Shown here piece after piece: positions 11,323-26,339 of a stretch of DNA of 64,000 nucleotides. The translations under genes were made by a program, and so were the position numbers. The first letter of the stretch is position 1; every line of letters starts with the position of its first letter. Source of the DNA: Octopus sinensis (Eukaryota); contig NW_021833817.1 of NCBI RefSeq assembly GCF_006345805.1, forward strand, positions 1 to 64,000, read 5' to 3'. Under the pieces are notes generated by a model, which did no database searches, was not told the DNA's origin, and saw only the letters and a program-made list of their open reading frames with translations.

Positions 11323-13950
11323 GTTCATATCTAACTATAATTGCGGTGAACGCACGCTCTCTAAAGAGAAGACGTGCAGAAATTGAGAACATGTTATCTA
11401 CTAATCCCGTGGACCTTTTAATTGTGAATAAAACAAAATTAAAACAACATGATGATTATTATCTGAATGGCTATTACTCCCTTGATATCAAATGGAAGTC
11501 GGGTTCGATAGCTGGAACGGGGACTTCTATATTTTACAAATCAACTTTGAGAGTGAAAAATTTGAAAATTGTTTCTGAAGAACTCTGTGAATTTGTCACA
11601 ATCGATGTTTGACTTGAAAAAACATGGATTAAAATTGGAGGGATGTATTCGAATTATCTTTCTAAATACCCATCGCTTATCAAGAATTTTTTCGCTGATA
11701 AGCACACGTCATTATCAATACTCCTTGGAGATTTGAATGCTAGATGCTCCTTCTTCGGCTGTATGGGGACTAACAGGGATGGTCTCATTCTTAAGAAACT
11801 TTCAACATCCTTTGGATTTTCAGTCTTCACATCCAAAACACCGAATCATTACTCTCCAGGAGGGTGGGACTATTTGGGCTTGGCTTTGGTATCTAGGTCT
11901 GCCCTTCACCTCTTGGAACAACCGAGTACTATCAATGACATTGGGAGTGATCATCTGCCGATCTTATATAAACTCAACGTCACCCCGTTGGAGGTTACGC
12001 CAACCTTCATACGATACAACCTTACTCCCATAAACTGGGATCACTACAGAAAAAGTTTTGCAATTTATCTGAACAAATTTGCCCCTCAACTTGAGGATAA
12101 TTCTTCAGGAGAAGATTTGGAAAAGTCGAGCAATTCTCTTATTGGCTTCATAAAGTCTTATCTAGAAATACACTCTTCTAAAATCACCTCGAACAGTAAG
12201 AAAATTCCGTTGACATGCAAAAATGTTGCAGTCCTTTAAAAAAAAACAATGCCTAAGGAACAAACTTTGTCGTTGTGTGGACTTTCACGACCGATCTGTT
12301 CTAAAAAACGAAATATTTGCCATTTCCCAGGAAATAAGAAGGTCAACAATTGCTGCTAAGAATAAAAAATGGAAAGCTGAGTGCAATAAATTACATAAAG
12401 CAAATCCAAACTTTTGGAAGGTTTTCGGAAAATTATCCACTTCAAAATCCGAGGAAGCAATACCGAAACTGTTAAATCAAGATGGATCCCCCGCTTCTCT
12501 TGAAGAAATCCCAAATATATTTGGAGACAGTCTTAAAGAAACTCAGGAGGTCAACCCGGACTTACAGTTATCTGGCCCAGCACTGTGTCATATGAAAAAA
12601 GAATTGGATGGACTCCTCACCTCGTTTCCTTTGTGCACGAAAGCTATAACTTGCAAAGACGTGGAGGACGCAATAAAATGCTCGAAGGATAATGCCCCGG
12701 GAAGAGACAAGATAACAATGCGATTGTTCAAAGAAGCACCGAGGGAACTTTATGAATATTTGAGATGTCTCTTCTCCTGTAGTCTTCATTTGGGATACGT
12801 CCCCTCCTCCTGGAAATTAACAGAGGTAAGGATGATACTAAAGCCGGGAAAACCTCGCTATTTGCCAACAAGCTATAGGCCGATAAGCCTGATTCCTACC
12901 ATCAGCCGAATCATGGAAAGGATAATGCTGTGGAGACTCTCGGAACATGTGGAGAGCAAAAATATTCTAAAAAATGTGCAGTGGGGTTTCCGCAGAAATC
13001 GCTCTTGTGGGGACTGTCATTATACGGTAAATTCGTTAATTATGAAGGCTCTGGATACCAAGGGATCTCTGACGATGGCCTGTCTTGACATTTCGAAGGC
13101 ATTCGACAGTGTATGGCATTTTGGCCTTCTGAGACATCTGGCGAGGTGTCAGATAGATAGAGAACTGTTCCTATGGTTACAGGACTTCCTCCGCGACAGA
13201 CGATCGGTGGTAAGCTTACTGAACCACGACTCGGATGAGCTAAAATTAAAAAGAGGTGTCCCCCAGGGATCAGTACTCAGTCCTCTGTTATTTAACATTG
13301 TCATGAGTAATCTACCTTCCCCAAACAATGTAAGGACGGAAATTCTAATATATGCTGATGATGTGGTCATCCTCGATGCTTCACCGAAACCTGCCTTATC
13401 TGAACAACGAATGCTGTCATATATGGAAGAGGTCGAACATTGGTGCAGAAATAACATGCTGGTTGTCGCACGTGAGAAGTCTGCTTTGTTGAGAATCACA
13501 GAAAGTAGAAATCTTAAAAATTCACCATGTCTGATTACTAACATACCACGACAACATTCAATAAAATACTTGGGATTGCAAATTGAAGAAAATGGTAAAT
13601 ACACTGAAAATGCGAAAATTCGAAAAAAGAAAGCAACAAACGCACTATTTTGCTTAAGAAAGTTAAATCTGGAACCAGATACTTTCCTTTATGTTTTTAA
13701 CACGGTGATCTTACCAGGACTTATATTTGGGAAAGAGGCATGGTACTTCTCTAGAAAGAGGAGTTCCATTATCGAGAAGTTCGAGAAAACTCGGAGACTG
13801 GCGTTAAAAATCGCCTACTCCCAAAGTCTGGAATGCCCGATTCCCCCATGGCTCGAGGCTAAAACGCCTACGGTGGGGGAAATCGTTGAAAAAGGCATCA
13901 AAAACTACAAACTCTGGTCAACAGTCACTGGGACTTACCTGCAAAGGTAA
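11319..13950 (+). pseudogene. LINE ORF2 (AP endonuclease + reverse transcriptase), disrupted
   Basis: APE motifs VNARSL, LLGDLNA and GSDHLPI. RT motifs YRPISL, DISKAFDSV, GVPQGSVLSP and YADD. In-frame TGA at 11610 and a frameshift near 12235. Confidence 0.92.
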
Positions 13951-14374
13951 TTCTATACTGAGAGGTTGGGGTCCCTCCTTTCTTTTTGTTTCGCGGAAGA
14001 AGTCGGTAAGCAAGCCTTACCGTTTCATTAATTATTACCCCACATACTATTCGTTGTTACCTAAATAAAGTTGTTGATTGATTGATTGAATATCGCCTTG
14101 CTCAAATTCTCTGAATAATTTTAACATCTACAGCTTTCGCTTGACAGCTCCAGCAGTCGATTACCTTAATGCTCTTATTTCCAATTTTAAAAAATTTATT
14201 CCTCAAGGAACAATTATGAACAATGGTTTGATGTATGAAAAGCCAAAATCCCACGAATCTGCTACTTTTCATTTAAACACCCCACCAAATCCGGTTCAGC
14301 ACACAAATACAATCATGAAATACTAAAATTTATTAAGTCACAAAAAATCTAATAAAAATGATCGACGGGATGCC

Positions 14375-14490
14375 AGGTTGCGAAATCTCTAACAAAATTC
14401 ATGGAGACTGAATTGGAAGAAAAATGAAAGGGGAGGGCCAGGTCCGCACAAAAGCGTATCCCAATCCCCCTCGAAACGTGGATTTAAACC
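14375..14490 (-). mobile_element. Small CRE-clade fragment
   Basis: AGGGCCAGGTCCGCACAA...CCCC is nearly identical to 62338-62375 of the large CRE copy. Confidence 0.7.
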
Positions 14491-14759
14491 AATAAAAAAT
14501 GTAATTAGACGTTGAGGATTAATTAACAAAATTAATTAATTCTAATCAAAAATCCCATATTTTGAGAATTTACTACATTTATTTACCTAAAAGTAATAAA
14601 GCTACAAAAATATTCTGTCAAAATCTCTAATAAATTAATATAAAATTCATGCAATCTTTTTTGTTACTCTTAATTTGCTTTTTTTAAATTTATCCAAAAT
14701 CTGAAAACGATTATCATTGAACTAAATTAATAGTTATTTAGTTTCCGTTTTCGTAATTT

Positions 14760-15020
14760 GTAGTACCCTCTAAAGGCACACGTTCAGTGCACAGATGGGC
14801 AAATCTATGTCAACGCGCAGTCTAGATTAAGAAGCTATTTCCTCAAAAGACATTGATAACCCGTGTCTGGATATATGGCTTCACCCTATCCTCTACTCTG
14901 AGCGCTTCCAAATGGTTTTTGAGAAATTTTGACACAATTTCGTCTCAGGTCATAACGACAGGGTCGATCTTCAATTTCGCCCGGTGGATCGCTCTCAGTT
15001 CATTTGCTAATTTGCTAATT
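14760..15020 (-). mobile_element. R4/Dong-like RLE retrotransposon 3' fragment
   Basis: Shares CACGTTCAGTGCAC...CAACGCGCAGTCTAGATT and TTTCGTCTCAGGTCATAACGAC with 31010-31270. Confidence 0.7.
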
Positions 15021-16197
15021 ACCATTATAAAATTAGTTGGTTTTATTTATTAACCTATAAAACGAAATTCTTAAGATTTGTGAAATTTTTTTATGCTTCA
15101 TTTTTACTTAGTTTTTTATCATGATTCTTAGTTTTGAATTTTTCCTATGTCAAAAAAACAGCTACTCTAAAAACTCTGAAGGCCAGTACTAGTCAGACAA
15201 GCGAACGAGAGGGAACACAGGGAACTTTTAACCACATAGTGCAAAAATTCTATAATTTCAAGGCTTGCATTATGAGTTTATAGTTTTTGTTTATTCACGA
15301 ATTCAACATTCAGAGACAATTTCAACATTAACAGTTCATAGATTCTAGTGGAAGAGTCTTTATAATTCTTGAACCTGCAGAAAGCAGACTTCAATGAAAA
15401 TTTGCTTGATGTTAATAAATTGAAGCGATCTTTTCCCAATGTCGTGGATAAAGGGCGTTTGAGAGATTTCTGGCGATCTCTAGGTTTTGAATGCTACGAG
15501 GGCAAAAAGGTAATGGCCCGAAAGAATTTTGTATTTATTGATTTTAAACGCCCCGTTTTGTTTGCTACGTCTGCATGAAATAAGACCGACAAAATAATGT
15601 TCGGCGATGAGAACATGTACGTGCAGATCTAGTCCGGTTGCAAAATTAAAAGAAGTTTGATTTGATAATTGTTTTTAATTCGATAAATTAAAAGATTTAA
15701 AAATAAATAATTATAATTCAATATTGCCGATCCCTTTGTTTTCAGCTATTAACTTAATTTCAGCCGGTAACATTAATAAAGACTACCAGTGTACTAAAAT
15801 TAAAATAAACTGCACATACCCATTTATTAGGAACTTTTTTTGATGACAAGACAGAAAAATCTTGAAATCATCTAATAATAATAAAACTCGCATAATAAAT
15901 AAGATTCTAATTAATGACTTTAATTAACAACAACCATATAAATACTCCAATGGCTGATTGGGCTTTCTTGATTTCTCATATAGGTTAATTAGTGCTATAA
16001 TGAATTTAATCCATATTTTTGTAAACCTTTTGTGAGTTCGCTTATAACCTGGCCCTTTTCGAGATATTTTCTAAATTCTTCACGTTTAAATTTCTAGAGT
16101 AAACAGTGAATAAACCACCACCTTAAAAGAAGACATATAACTATGGTTTGAAAATTTAAATGATGTATTTTACTTATAAATAATTGATTTGCAAACG

Positions 16198-17150
16198 AAC
16201 TTGGCTGAAGACTAAGCTATTGATAATGGATCTAGATCAGCGGTTCTCAAATGCGGCCCCTCTAAAGTAACTAACTTTTTTAATTTTTTAATAATGTTTA
16301 AATTTAATTATTCATTCTTAAGGTTAAACATATCCATAATTGGTGATTTCATTAATCAATTTGAAGCACGTTTTGGGGTACATTTATATAAATTTAATTT
16401 TTAGAATTTTAAAGAATTCCTTCCTTTAATGAAAATATTCGCAACTCCATTCAGCGTGGAAATTAAGGATGCGCATGCAAAGTTTCAATTAGAACTCATT
16501 AATTTACAACATGATATAGAACTGGCGGCATTGTTCAAAAATGCGTCCATTATTAATTTTTACGAATTAATTCCTCAAGACAAATTCAAAAATATAACAC
16601 ACAATGCATATATGAATCTACATATTTATGCGAATCAATATTTAGTAAAATGGAAAATATAAAAATATATAAAATATTTTTTGTGCGGCCCGCGAAGCTA
16701 ATCTTAATTATCGATTTGGCCCTTGAGCTAAAAAAATTGAGAACCCCTGATCTAGACAGTCGTGAGTTCGATTCCGAAGGAGGCTAGTTTTCATCCGGGG
16801 GTCAATTCTCGTTATCGTTCCCCTGCCCGTGTGGCAACGAGTACTTCTGGCACGACACAGTTGAAAAATGGGGATTTCTTACTTTCCTTCCGGTCTTAGC
16901 GTGGCGTTATGGGGTCCACCATGTCAGTTGGAACTTCCAATCGGATATGGCAACGCTCAGGAGGCACTTAATGCCTACCGAAAAAGGACTCCTAGAACTC
17001 TGACCCTGGGACATCGTCGTCTCAGGCCGTTCATGTGGGCAGGATCGAACCTTTCAGTAGGATCTCCCTCGCTTGAATCGGGGATCACGGGGATTATAAT
17101 AATTAACTGGCTTACCCGTGTTTGGTCTTTAAATAAATAAAAATAAAATT
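16198..17150 (+). mobile_element. Candidate tRNA-headed SINE, interrupted by a hAT MITE
   Basis: B box AGTTCGATTCC at 16765-16775. Weak A-box-like TGGCTGAAG near 16201, upstream of the MITE. Core CCCGTGTGGCAACGAG...CTGGCACGACA shared with a second copy at 29300-29660. A-rich tail near 17135-17150. Confidence 0.6.
16237..16749 (+). mobile_element. Non-autonomous hAT (Charlie-like) element with transposase remnant
   Basis: TIR CAGCGGTTCTCAA / TTGAGAACCCCTG, TSD ATCTAGAT/ATCTAGAC, internal ATPFSV...FQLELINLQ remnant. Confidence 0.9.
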
Positions 17151-17279
17151 TGCAAACAAACTAGGACTGATGCACCAGTGCCGAGTCCATGTCATCCCGT
17201 GTGTGAATTCGTTTCTTTTTTACGGAAACTATGACAAATTTACATGGAAATTTGATTTTTCTATTTAATACTATCCAAT

Positions 17280-17790
17280 CATATTTTCAAGTTCTATTCT
17301 GCAACTGGCCTATCTTTTTTACATGTATTACTAATATTATTAGCGATAGAGTCAACGAAAGCTATAAAGCAAAAGTTTCAGTGCAGAACTACAAGACTTT
17401 GAACGTCCACTTCATCAAAACTCTTTACGCACACCGAGGCATATTCAGCTTAGAGTTCTAGAATAAACAAAAAACAATTTTCTTTAGTTTAATAGTAATT
17501 TCCAAGTCAAAACATTTAGAAAAAATTGGTCGACTCTAAGGAGAGGGAAAGGTGTTTGAAAACACGTGATAAACAAATTTATTACACGTTTATAAGAGCT
17601 CTAACAGGATTTGTTTCGGTAGTCCTGTTTTTTGTACACGTGATCGCTCTTTACTACGCCAATAAATTAACGATCGACAATCCTGTAACTTTGTGGGTAA
17701 AAATGAAAGGACAATCTTTGGTTGGAGTTTCTGACCTTGTTTGTGTATTTTATCGACGGATTATTATTGTTGTTGATTTCTAATTTGTTT
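17280..17790 (+). other. Possible multi-pass membrane (7TM-like) gene fragment
   Basis: Hydrophobic frames SFLHVLLILLAIE..KAI and TFIRALTGFVSVVLFFVHVIAL. Exon structure unresolved and contains stops. Confidence 0.25.
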
Positions 17791-19124
17791 GAAAAAGTTG
17801 AACTTTACCTCCCCGAAACAAAACTAAAATTTAAACTCATCAGGTTTGTGTTTTTTGATATTTTGATTAATTTCGATCAACATTTTTTCGGTTTACATTT
17901 ATTTCTACATTCTGGTCAGTTCTGTGACTCAAAATATAATTTCTGGGATCCATGTTAGTCTTTCTAACTTACGTGACAGTACTGTGAGAATTACGTCGGG
18001 AAAAACATGTACAGACTCATTCTGGTTGAACTCTTGGGAATTCTGGGACATTCATTTATTCTCTGTTTATCCTGTTTGATTAAATAAAATTAAAAGTTTA
18101 GAAAGGTGTTTATTGAAAAAAATATTGAAAGGGTATACAAAATTTTGTATTTTTTAGAAAAAACAAAAAAACTTAACAACTACATAACTGATATTTTATT
18201 TTTTTAAATAACGGGGATAATTCTTAAATTAAAAGTATATAGTACATGACCTGATAAAAAACCATTAGACCACAAATAACTAGTTTTAGAGCACAAAATA
18301 AGAAAATCTGAGCCATCCAATAATCTTCGTGGTCTCAATAAAAAACGATCTCAGAGTGTAAAAAATATAAAAGAACTGTTCCCCACAAGAACGAAACTTA
18401 AATAAAGACATTTTATTTATTAAAAAAATTAATAATAAAAATATCTAATTCTTATTTTTCGAACAAGATTTTTCTTTTTTTTAAAGATTCTAAAAATAAT
18501 CGAGTAGCAATAACTCGATAAATATTTAGCGATCTCTATTTTTTCATTAATTTCTGCAACCAATTTCTTGACAATAGAATAAATCTCCTCAGTTATGTGC
18601 TCGGCCCTACGTTAGCATGAACTAGTACTTTAGTAGTTGGTCGGAAATGACATCAATAAGCTTAGATCTTGATATTTTTGAAGTAATATCGATAGATTTG
18701 AGGTAGTCACCTACGATTTCTTGGATTTGTTGTTTTAGAGCTTTATATGTCTAAATATGTAGATAATGGTCGACTGTTGGTTCTAGAGATTTTAGACAGG
18801 AGCTTCTTAATTTGTCTAGCATTTCATTAAATTTTATGTCTGAAATAATCGCTTTCGTTTCTTCCGCATGCATATCTTGATTATAAAATAAGTAATGAGT
18901 AAATTTTTTGAAGATCAAATACTTAAATAATTCTATTTTTTAATATTATGTGCACAAATGAAATGTTTTTGATTGATATTTGTATCATTGTTTCCTGACG
19001 AAAGAAATGGATTTCTAACAAAAAGTTGTATTAATATTAAGTTTACTTCCCCTATTATTTTATTTGCCTATCATCTGAAACATCATATAAATAAACAATT
19101 ATAATTCTTATCTTTTTTGAAATC

Positions 19125-19215
19125 TATACTCACAGGCGACGCCCGCGAATCGAGATGGTTTTTTGAGCGAATATTTCTTGGATAGTGCGCTCTAACTCTT
19201 TCTCGATCGCGTCAG
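19125..19215 (+). mobile_element. Tiny CRE 3'-end fragment
   Basis: TGDARESRWFFERI matches the CRE C-terminal D.RE..WLF.RIS motif. Confidence 0.65.
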
Positions 19216-19469
19216 CCTCTCGTCACTAAAGAATTATTTTTTTAGATTAAATCCATATTTGTTATTAAACTAATAAAGTTTATCATTCTTATCTTAAAAA
19301 TGAACAATGGATGTTTTTCAATAAGTTCAAAGATAGAGGATGACTCGTATAAGAGTCATATTTAATGGACTCACGTACTTATCCTTACTCTAGTATGTGG
19401 ATTGTACATGAAGAATATAATGGATACAGTAAATATAATAACAAACAGGAATAAACAACTAACAAAAAA

Positions 19470-20825
<1,356 letters not shown>

Positions 20826-20905
20826 CTAATTTATAGTTATTTTACTGATAAATTAAAAAATAGTTTGTCACAAAAGATTTTATTATGTTATTATAATGTT
20901 ATTAT

Positions 20906-21400
20906 AATGACGTTGTGAAGCGGGCGCTTAACGCCGCTGGATTTCCCTCGATGTTAGAACCGATAGGACTAGACCGTGGAGATGGAAAACGCCCTGACGG
21001 GTCGACCTTATTCCCGTTCAGGGAGGGAATGGCACTCGTGTGGGATGTTGCCTGCGTAGACTCATTTTCCTCATCATCGTTGGTTGACTCCGCTTCTCGT
21101 CCTGGATCTGCATCTGCCCTTGCCGAATCTAGGAAAACTGCAAAATATGCCTCTTTGACCGATACCTGCTGCTTCATTCCCCTGGCTTTCGAGACCAGTG
21201 GGATAATTGGACCCAAAGCCCTCCAACTCCTCTCAAAGATTGGTTTAATCATCTCGAGGAGGAGTCACGACAGTCGCGAAACGAGCTGGCTTTTTCAGCG
21301 GATATCGTTCGCGATATTACGTGGAAATTACATGTCCATCCGCTCGGCGACTCATCTAAATTAGTTAACTTCTCTATTTTACTTGTTATTTTACCTTGCT
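20906..21400 (+). mobile_element. 5'-truncated CRE-clade retrotransposon, RLE domain in frame
   Basis: NDVVKRALNAAGFPSMLEP...DGKRPDG...WDVACVD...FQRISFAILRGN, stop at 21364. Confidence 0.92.
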
Positions 21401-21829
21401 AAAAAAATCCAAAAAAAATCCTTAGGTTACGTGAAAAATAATAGTGAATATTAAAATCAGTGACAACTACATCTAAATCAAAAAATACAAACTTATAGGA
21501 AAAAACAAATCGATTTATGATAATGGACAATCGGCATATTTTAAATAAGGAATGATCCGAAATAAAATAGGGAATGAGGCATAATTAAATAGCAACAGTT
21601 TATGTTTGAATCCTTATACAGTGACTCCTCTGAAATTGGCCATTTTCGGTTCCACGTGTTTTTGTGGTCAATTCGAGAAATGGCTTTATCCAGAAAATTT
21701 TAAGTAATTAAGCATTATTAATGTTCTTAAAGTAGAATTGGATGCCCATCTGCTTTTTTTGAGTTTTAATGACATTTTCCTTATAGCGCCTTATGGATGT
21801 AATCAATTGAACTTAATGTTCGTTCTCAA

Positions 21830-22480
21830 TGTTTTTTAGGAGCTCGTTTTCAATTTTAGTTAACTTAACCACAATGTCTTCTTTGTCAATTGAATCATGG
21901 ATTTTTACTTCAGCTTCTACTTCTTCTTCATTTTTTATATTTCAATATCCTCAACGTCTTGAAATGTATCATTTTCAAAATTCAAAATTAAGAAATTCTT
22001 CGACTTCTAAGGGATCAAAAATGTCAGTTTTTTCTACTGCAATATCTTGAACTTCAACTACATGATTCTTTTTGAATGGGTTGCTTAAAATTCCGAAAAC
22101 AATTTGCAATCGTTTTTTCAGACACATCTTCCCAAGCCATTTTACGAAAATTACAGTATCTTTAGAGTTAACTTTTTGTAGGAACTGTATACTGAAATAT
22201 TTTGCTGTTCCAACAAAATCAGTCAAATACATTAACTTGTGTCGAGTAAAATGTGTTTTAAATGTGTTTATTATACCCAAATCCATAGGTTGAATAAGAC
22301 CAGTACTTATAACTCTTTGATATTTCTATGAATTTTTCGATAAGTCGACATCTACTGGATCATTAGTTCTCATTTCTCCATGTAACTTGGTCATTCGAAA
22401 ACCATGCTCTTTTTGAATTTATGAAGGTATCCATTTGAGTTTTTAAAATTATCCAGTTTTAATTCAGCTGCGAATAAATT
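21830..22480 (-). mobile_element. pogo/Tigger-like transposase remnant
   Basis: GLIQPMDLGIINTFKTHF motif. Confidence 0.75.
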
Positions 22481-22559
22481 AGCCTTATTGAAATTAAAGC
22501 TCATTAAGAAAGCAACCTTAATCATAAATTAGTACAAATTACCTTTAGACTCAATCGAA

Positions 22560-24100
22560 TTTTTTGGTTGAGGTGGCGACGTACCTCTCTTGCACAATGT
22601 CTAAAACACACACAGTACAACCGGACAGACTATCAATTCTATCCTTTAACGTTCGTGGACTATGCCAGACCTGGAAACAACAAGCACTCTGTAATGACAT
22701 GGATAAATATCGTGCGGACATCGGCTGTCTACAAGAGACCAAACAAAAATCTGGAATGGACCTAACCTATGGAAATTACCGAATGATCTTTTTACTCTCC
22801 GACTGCAGACACTATGGACAAGGTTCTGTGATTCACAAGAGGCTCGGTGTCAAACGCTGGTGGAGAATTACAGATAGGATTTCAGCAATCCAAGTACAAA
22901 TCGGCGGTAAAGGCAGGCCTAATGCAGTCGCAACGGTCATTAACGTATACGCCCCGCATAGTGCCAGAATCGTCAACGCTCCTGAAGAAATCGATGAATT
23001 CTATGAGGTACTGACCCGGACATACCTATCCTTACAATCGTCTACCCTCCTGCTCGTCGTCGGCGACTGGAACGCCAAGGCTGGCATCCGTCGAGGCACT
23101 GAAACTGTTATTGGACGGCACGGAAGAGGATATAGAAACCTCCCAGGAGCCCTATTGGCTAATTTCTGTAAAACACTCGGGCTATTCCTATGCAACACGG
23201 CCTTTGATCACCCTGCTCGGCACAAGTCTACCTGGACTGGCAGGAGACGTGGTGATGACGGGAACTATGTGCCGATCTACAACCAAATTGACTACATTGT
23301 GTGTCGCCAAAGAGACACATGGCTTCTACAAGACTCTCGTTTTTATGGGGGCTCGGTCGTTGACAGTGACCACAAGATAGTCAAAACAAATCGTCAATTC
23401 CCTCATAAATCGGACAGATACTTGACAGAAAAACTGGCTTCCTCACTATCGACTCGAAACCTCTATAAATCATCCATCGATGAATCCCTTAAAAACATGG
23501 AATTTGGACTTATGCCTTCAGCCGCTTGGAAGGTAATGTCAGCCAACATTCACTCGGCGGCAAATAAATATGTTGGAAAGCAGCCAAAAAATACGCACTC
23601 TATCGGGCTGTGTCACCCGGATGCTCTTGCCTTGTCAGTTGTGCAAAAGGAGCTTAAGCTGAGGACTGAGAACACCAAAGATATGGATACCAACTCGCAC
23701 TGAAAGGCCGGCGTGCTGCCATCCAAAAACAAATAAAGACCCCAACCTCCAATATGGCCGGGATATCCTGGCTTCCCGTCTTGGAGAACTGGAAACCCTC
23801 AAAGATAATGCACGCACGTTTATGGCTTTACGGTTGCTTAAGAGGAAGAAAAAACCGCCCCAAACTTCGACTCAAAACAGTAATGGGGTTCAAATATCTG
23901 ACCGGGAGAACAGGTGGGAGTCATTGCGAACTATTTTGAACAACGATTTAACGCTAACACCGAACAAATCTTGCCTTTCTCTGGCCCAGCACGACGACTG
24001 AAGAATACAATCTCCTTGAAGGAAGTTACAAAGGCTGTTAACAGGCTCAAGAATAACCGAGCTGCGGGATCGGACAACATTAATGCGGAGCATCATGCAT
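22560..24100 (+). mobile_element. RTE-clade LINE fragment: APE domain and start of RT
   Basis: SFNVRGL, GCLQETK, VINVYAP, VVGDWNAK, NQIDYIV and DSDH, then EVTKAVNRLKNNRAAGSDNINAE. Truncated after that. Confidence 0.9.
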
Positions 24101-24289
24101 TGAAGACGATATCACAATTACCCTTCATGGAATAAAACGAAAATTTGAGTTAATTTTTCCAAAATTATCAATATCAAGTATCGCTCGACATCTCGATCTA
24201 AGTTTGTATACATTAAAGAAATTGAGATTCGACCCTTAAAAAGCTAATTGGGAAATTAACAAAATCAAGAGAAAAAATTTGTTGAAAAA

Positions 24290-24420
24290 TATTTAAAATT
24301 TAACGATTTTCACATTCTTCATCTCGGTCCGTACAGCCCAATGCTTAACCCCATCGAAAATGTATGGTCAAAAGTAAAAGCTCACGTGAAAAAGACATCT
24401 CTTCTAAAAAACCAAATTTT
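24290..24420 (+). mobile_element. IS630-Tc1 (DDE_3) transposase fragment
   Basis: PYSPMLNPIENVWSKVKAHVK. Paralogue of 7340-7470. Confidence 0.75.
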
Positions 24421-24834
24421 ATTCCAACAAGAAGAAGGTTTGCCAATTAAAGAGTATCGAACACATACTTGAACAAATAATTGTAGATAAAATGAAAACA
24501 ATTACATCTAAAGATTATGTACAACTTTATTTCTGGAATACAGGGAAATATTGCTGACACACTAAATATAGTTAACATCAAAATTTAAACAAAGAATTTT
24601 TTGGTGTTAATCCCATTTAGATTTCTGCTAATCCCATTTAGTATGGGAAATGGTATAGTATATTCTTACATTATTGCATTTGAAAATAAAAACTCTTTTG
24701 ATCCCAAAAATCATTTATATCCTGAGGAGCTCTCCATGTTTTATGTCACGCAAGTGCTGGAATCTTTTGATACCTTGGTTCGGAGTTCTGCTTAGAAAAT
24801 TCTTAATGTACATCTCGATGATATTGGCTAATGT

Positions 24835-25075
24835 CAGGCTAAACTTTCTGTGAGTCACGGAGGTCTGGGCCTCCGTTCCAGTCTTGATTTGGCTCTTCCT
24901 GCCTTTCTTTGGCGTCTGGATCATATCTCTTTGTCCAAAAGATTCTGGAAAAAAATACCTAATCATCGTTGGACTCTGATATTAATTCGGCCCTTGCACT
25001 TTGGAAACAAAATTTCTCTGAACTCCCTTCCAATGTCATTTCTCAGGAGGATTGGGACAAAATTGTCTTTCGATC
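24835..25075 (+). mobile_element. CRE-clade fragment (same subfamily as 1-360)
   Basis: SHGGLGLRSSLDLALPAFL. The DNA is closely similar to the reverse complement of 140-360. Confidence 0.85.
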
Positions 25076-25139
25076 CTGCGAGCCGGTACTTAATAGCTAG
25101 TTTATTCCGTTTTCCACTTTTTTAAAACAAGATTAATTT

Positions 25140-25809
25140 GTGGATGTATCAATTCGAAACTTCATTAATTTCCCAAATTTAAAAGAAACAAATTCAAATG
25201 ATATATCCATTTTTAGATGTCCTTATCGATTTAAAATCCCAATTTTCATCTCGATTTTTGGACTTTAAAGCTAATTCCGACGAATTTTAAATGTTTTCTA
25301 TACCTTTCGATGCAGAAATCAGCGAATAAAATTTATCAATTGGAACTTATAGATTTGCAGTCTGATCATGTTCTTAAAACGATTTTTTATTCAAATCTTT
25401 GTAACATTGTGGAATTTTATGAGAAATATGTTCAATCGTGTAGAAAACCATTCCAAAAAATGATATCTTTATTTGGAAGTACTTTTGTTTGCGAACAGTT
25501 ATTTTCAAAAATGAAACACAGGAAAAATAATCATAAAACAAGAATTGCGGATAATCATCTTAATGATGTTTTAGCTTTATCGAAAACGACCTATGCACCT
25601 AATATCGATGAACTCTCGAACAAAAAACAACAGTATATAAAAAATTAAACAGCAAGTTCAATTAAAATAAAATTTACTCGTTGTTTGGTTTAAAAAGTTT
25701 TATTCAATTAATTAATATTAACCTTAAATAAGTAAAAAAATGATCCGGCCCGCAGACCAATAATATTTTATAATCCGGCCTGTGAAGTCGGAAATTCTGC
25801 CGACCACTG
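25140..25809 (+). mobile_element. hAT (SPIN/Charlie-like) right end with dimerisation-domain remnant
   Basis: QLELIDLQ...FGSTFVCEQLFSKMK. Terminus ...TGCCGACCACTG followed by TACTAGAA. Confidence 0.8.
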
Positions 25810-26339
25810 TACTAGAATGAACTGCCACAATAAAAATACACAATAAAATACTAAAAAAAGATCAAAATACCAAAAAACCAAAATTTAAAATACTAGAAAA
25901 AATTAAATTTAATTAAGAAATCCTATTGAATGAAGATTATTTAATTGATAAAATAAATACAAATTTACTTGCAAAATAAACTTTATAGAAAAAATTTTAC
26001 CAGTAGTCAATTTAATTAATCTTCAAACAAATAAAAAACAAAAATATTATAAAAATAAAGTATTAATTTCAAGAAAAAATAAAAATTAACAACCAATAAT
26101 AGCAATAATTAATTGGAACCAGATTAACAACCAGAAACACAACAAAAAAATAACGTGCATAAAACGTGATATGTAATTTATCCTACATATCTACCATAAA
26201 CATAATATTATCTTAATTTCGATTTCATTAAATTTCTATTTATCCTAATTATGCCAATAAATTTAAAATATTTTTAAAATTAAATGATTTACTGTAAAAT
26301 AATTGTAATTTACTAAAAGTTAACAAAAGCATCCATAAT

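Larger units (their letters stand above)
10365..14087 (+). mobile_element. I/Jockey-group LINE, 5'-truncated within ORF1
   Basis: 14-bp TSD GAATATCGCCTTGC at 10351-10364 and 14088-14101. 3' AATAAA and (GATT)n tail. Gag-like ORF1, then APE-RT ORF2. Confidence 0.95.

Noticed and set aside
15230-15580. Possible SF3 helicase (parvovirus NS1-like) remnant
   Set aside because: There are only faint Walker-like hints in different frames, and the spacing to the motif-C-like PVLFATS is too long. It cannot be supported without an HMM search.
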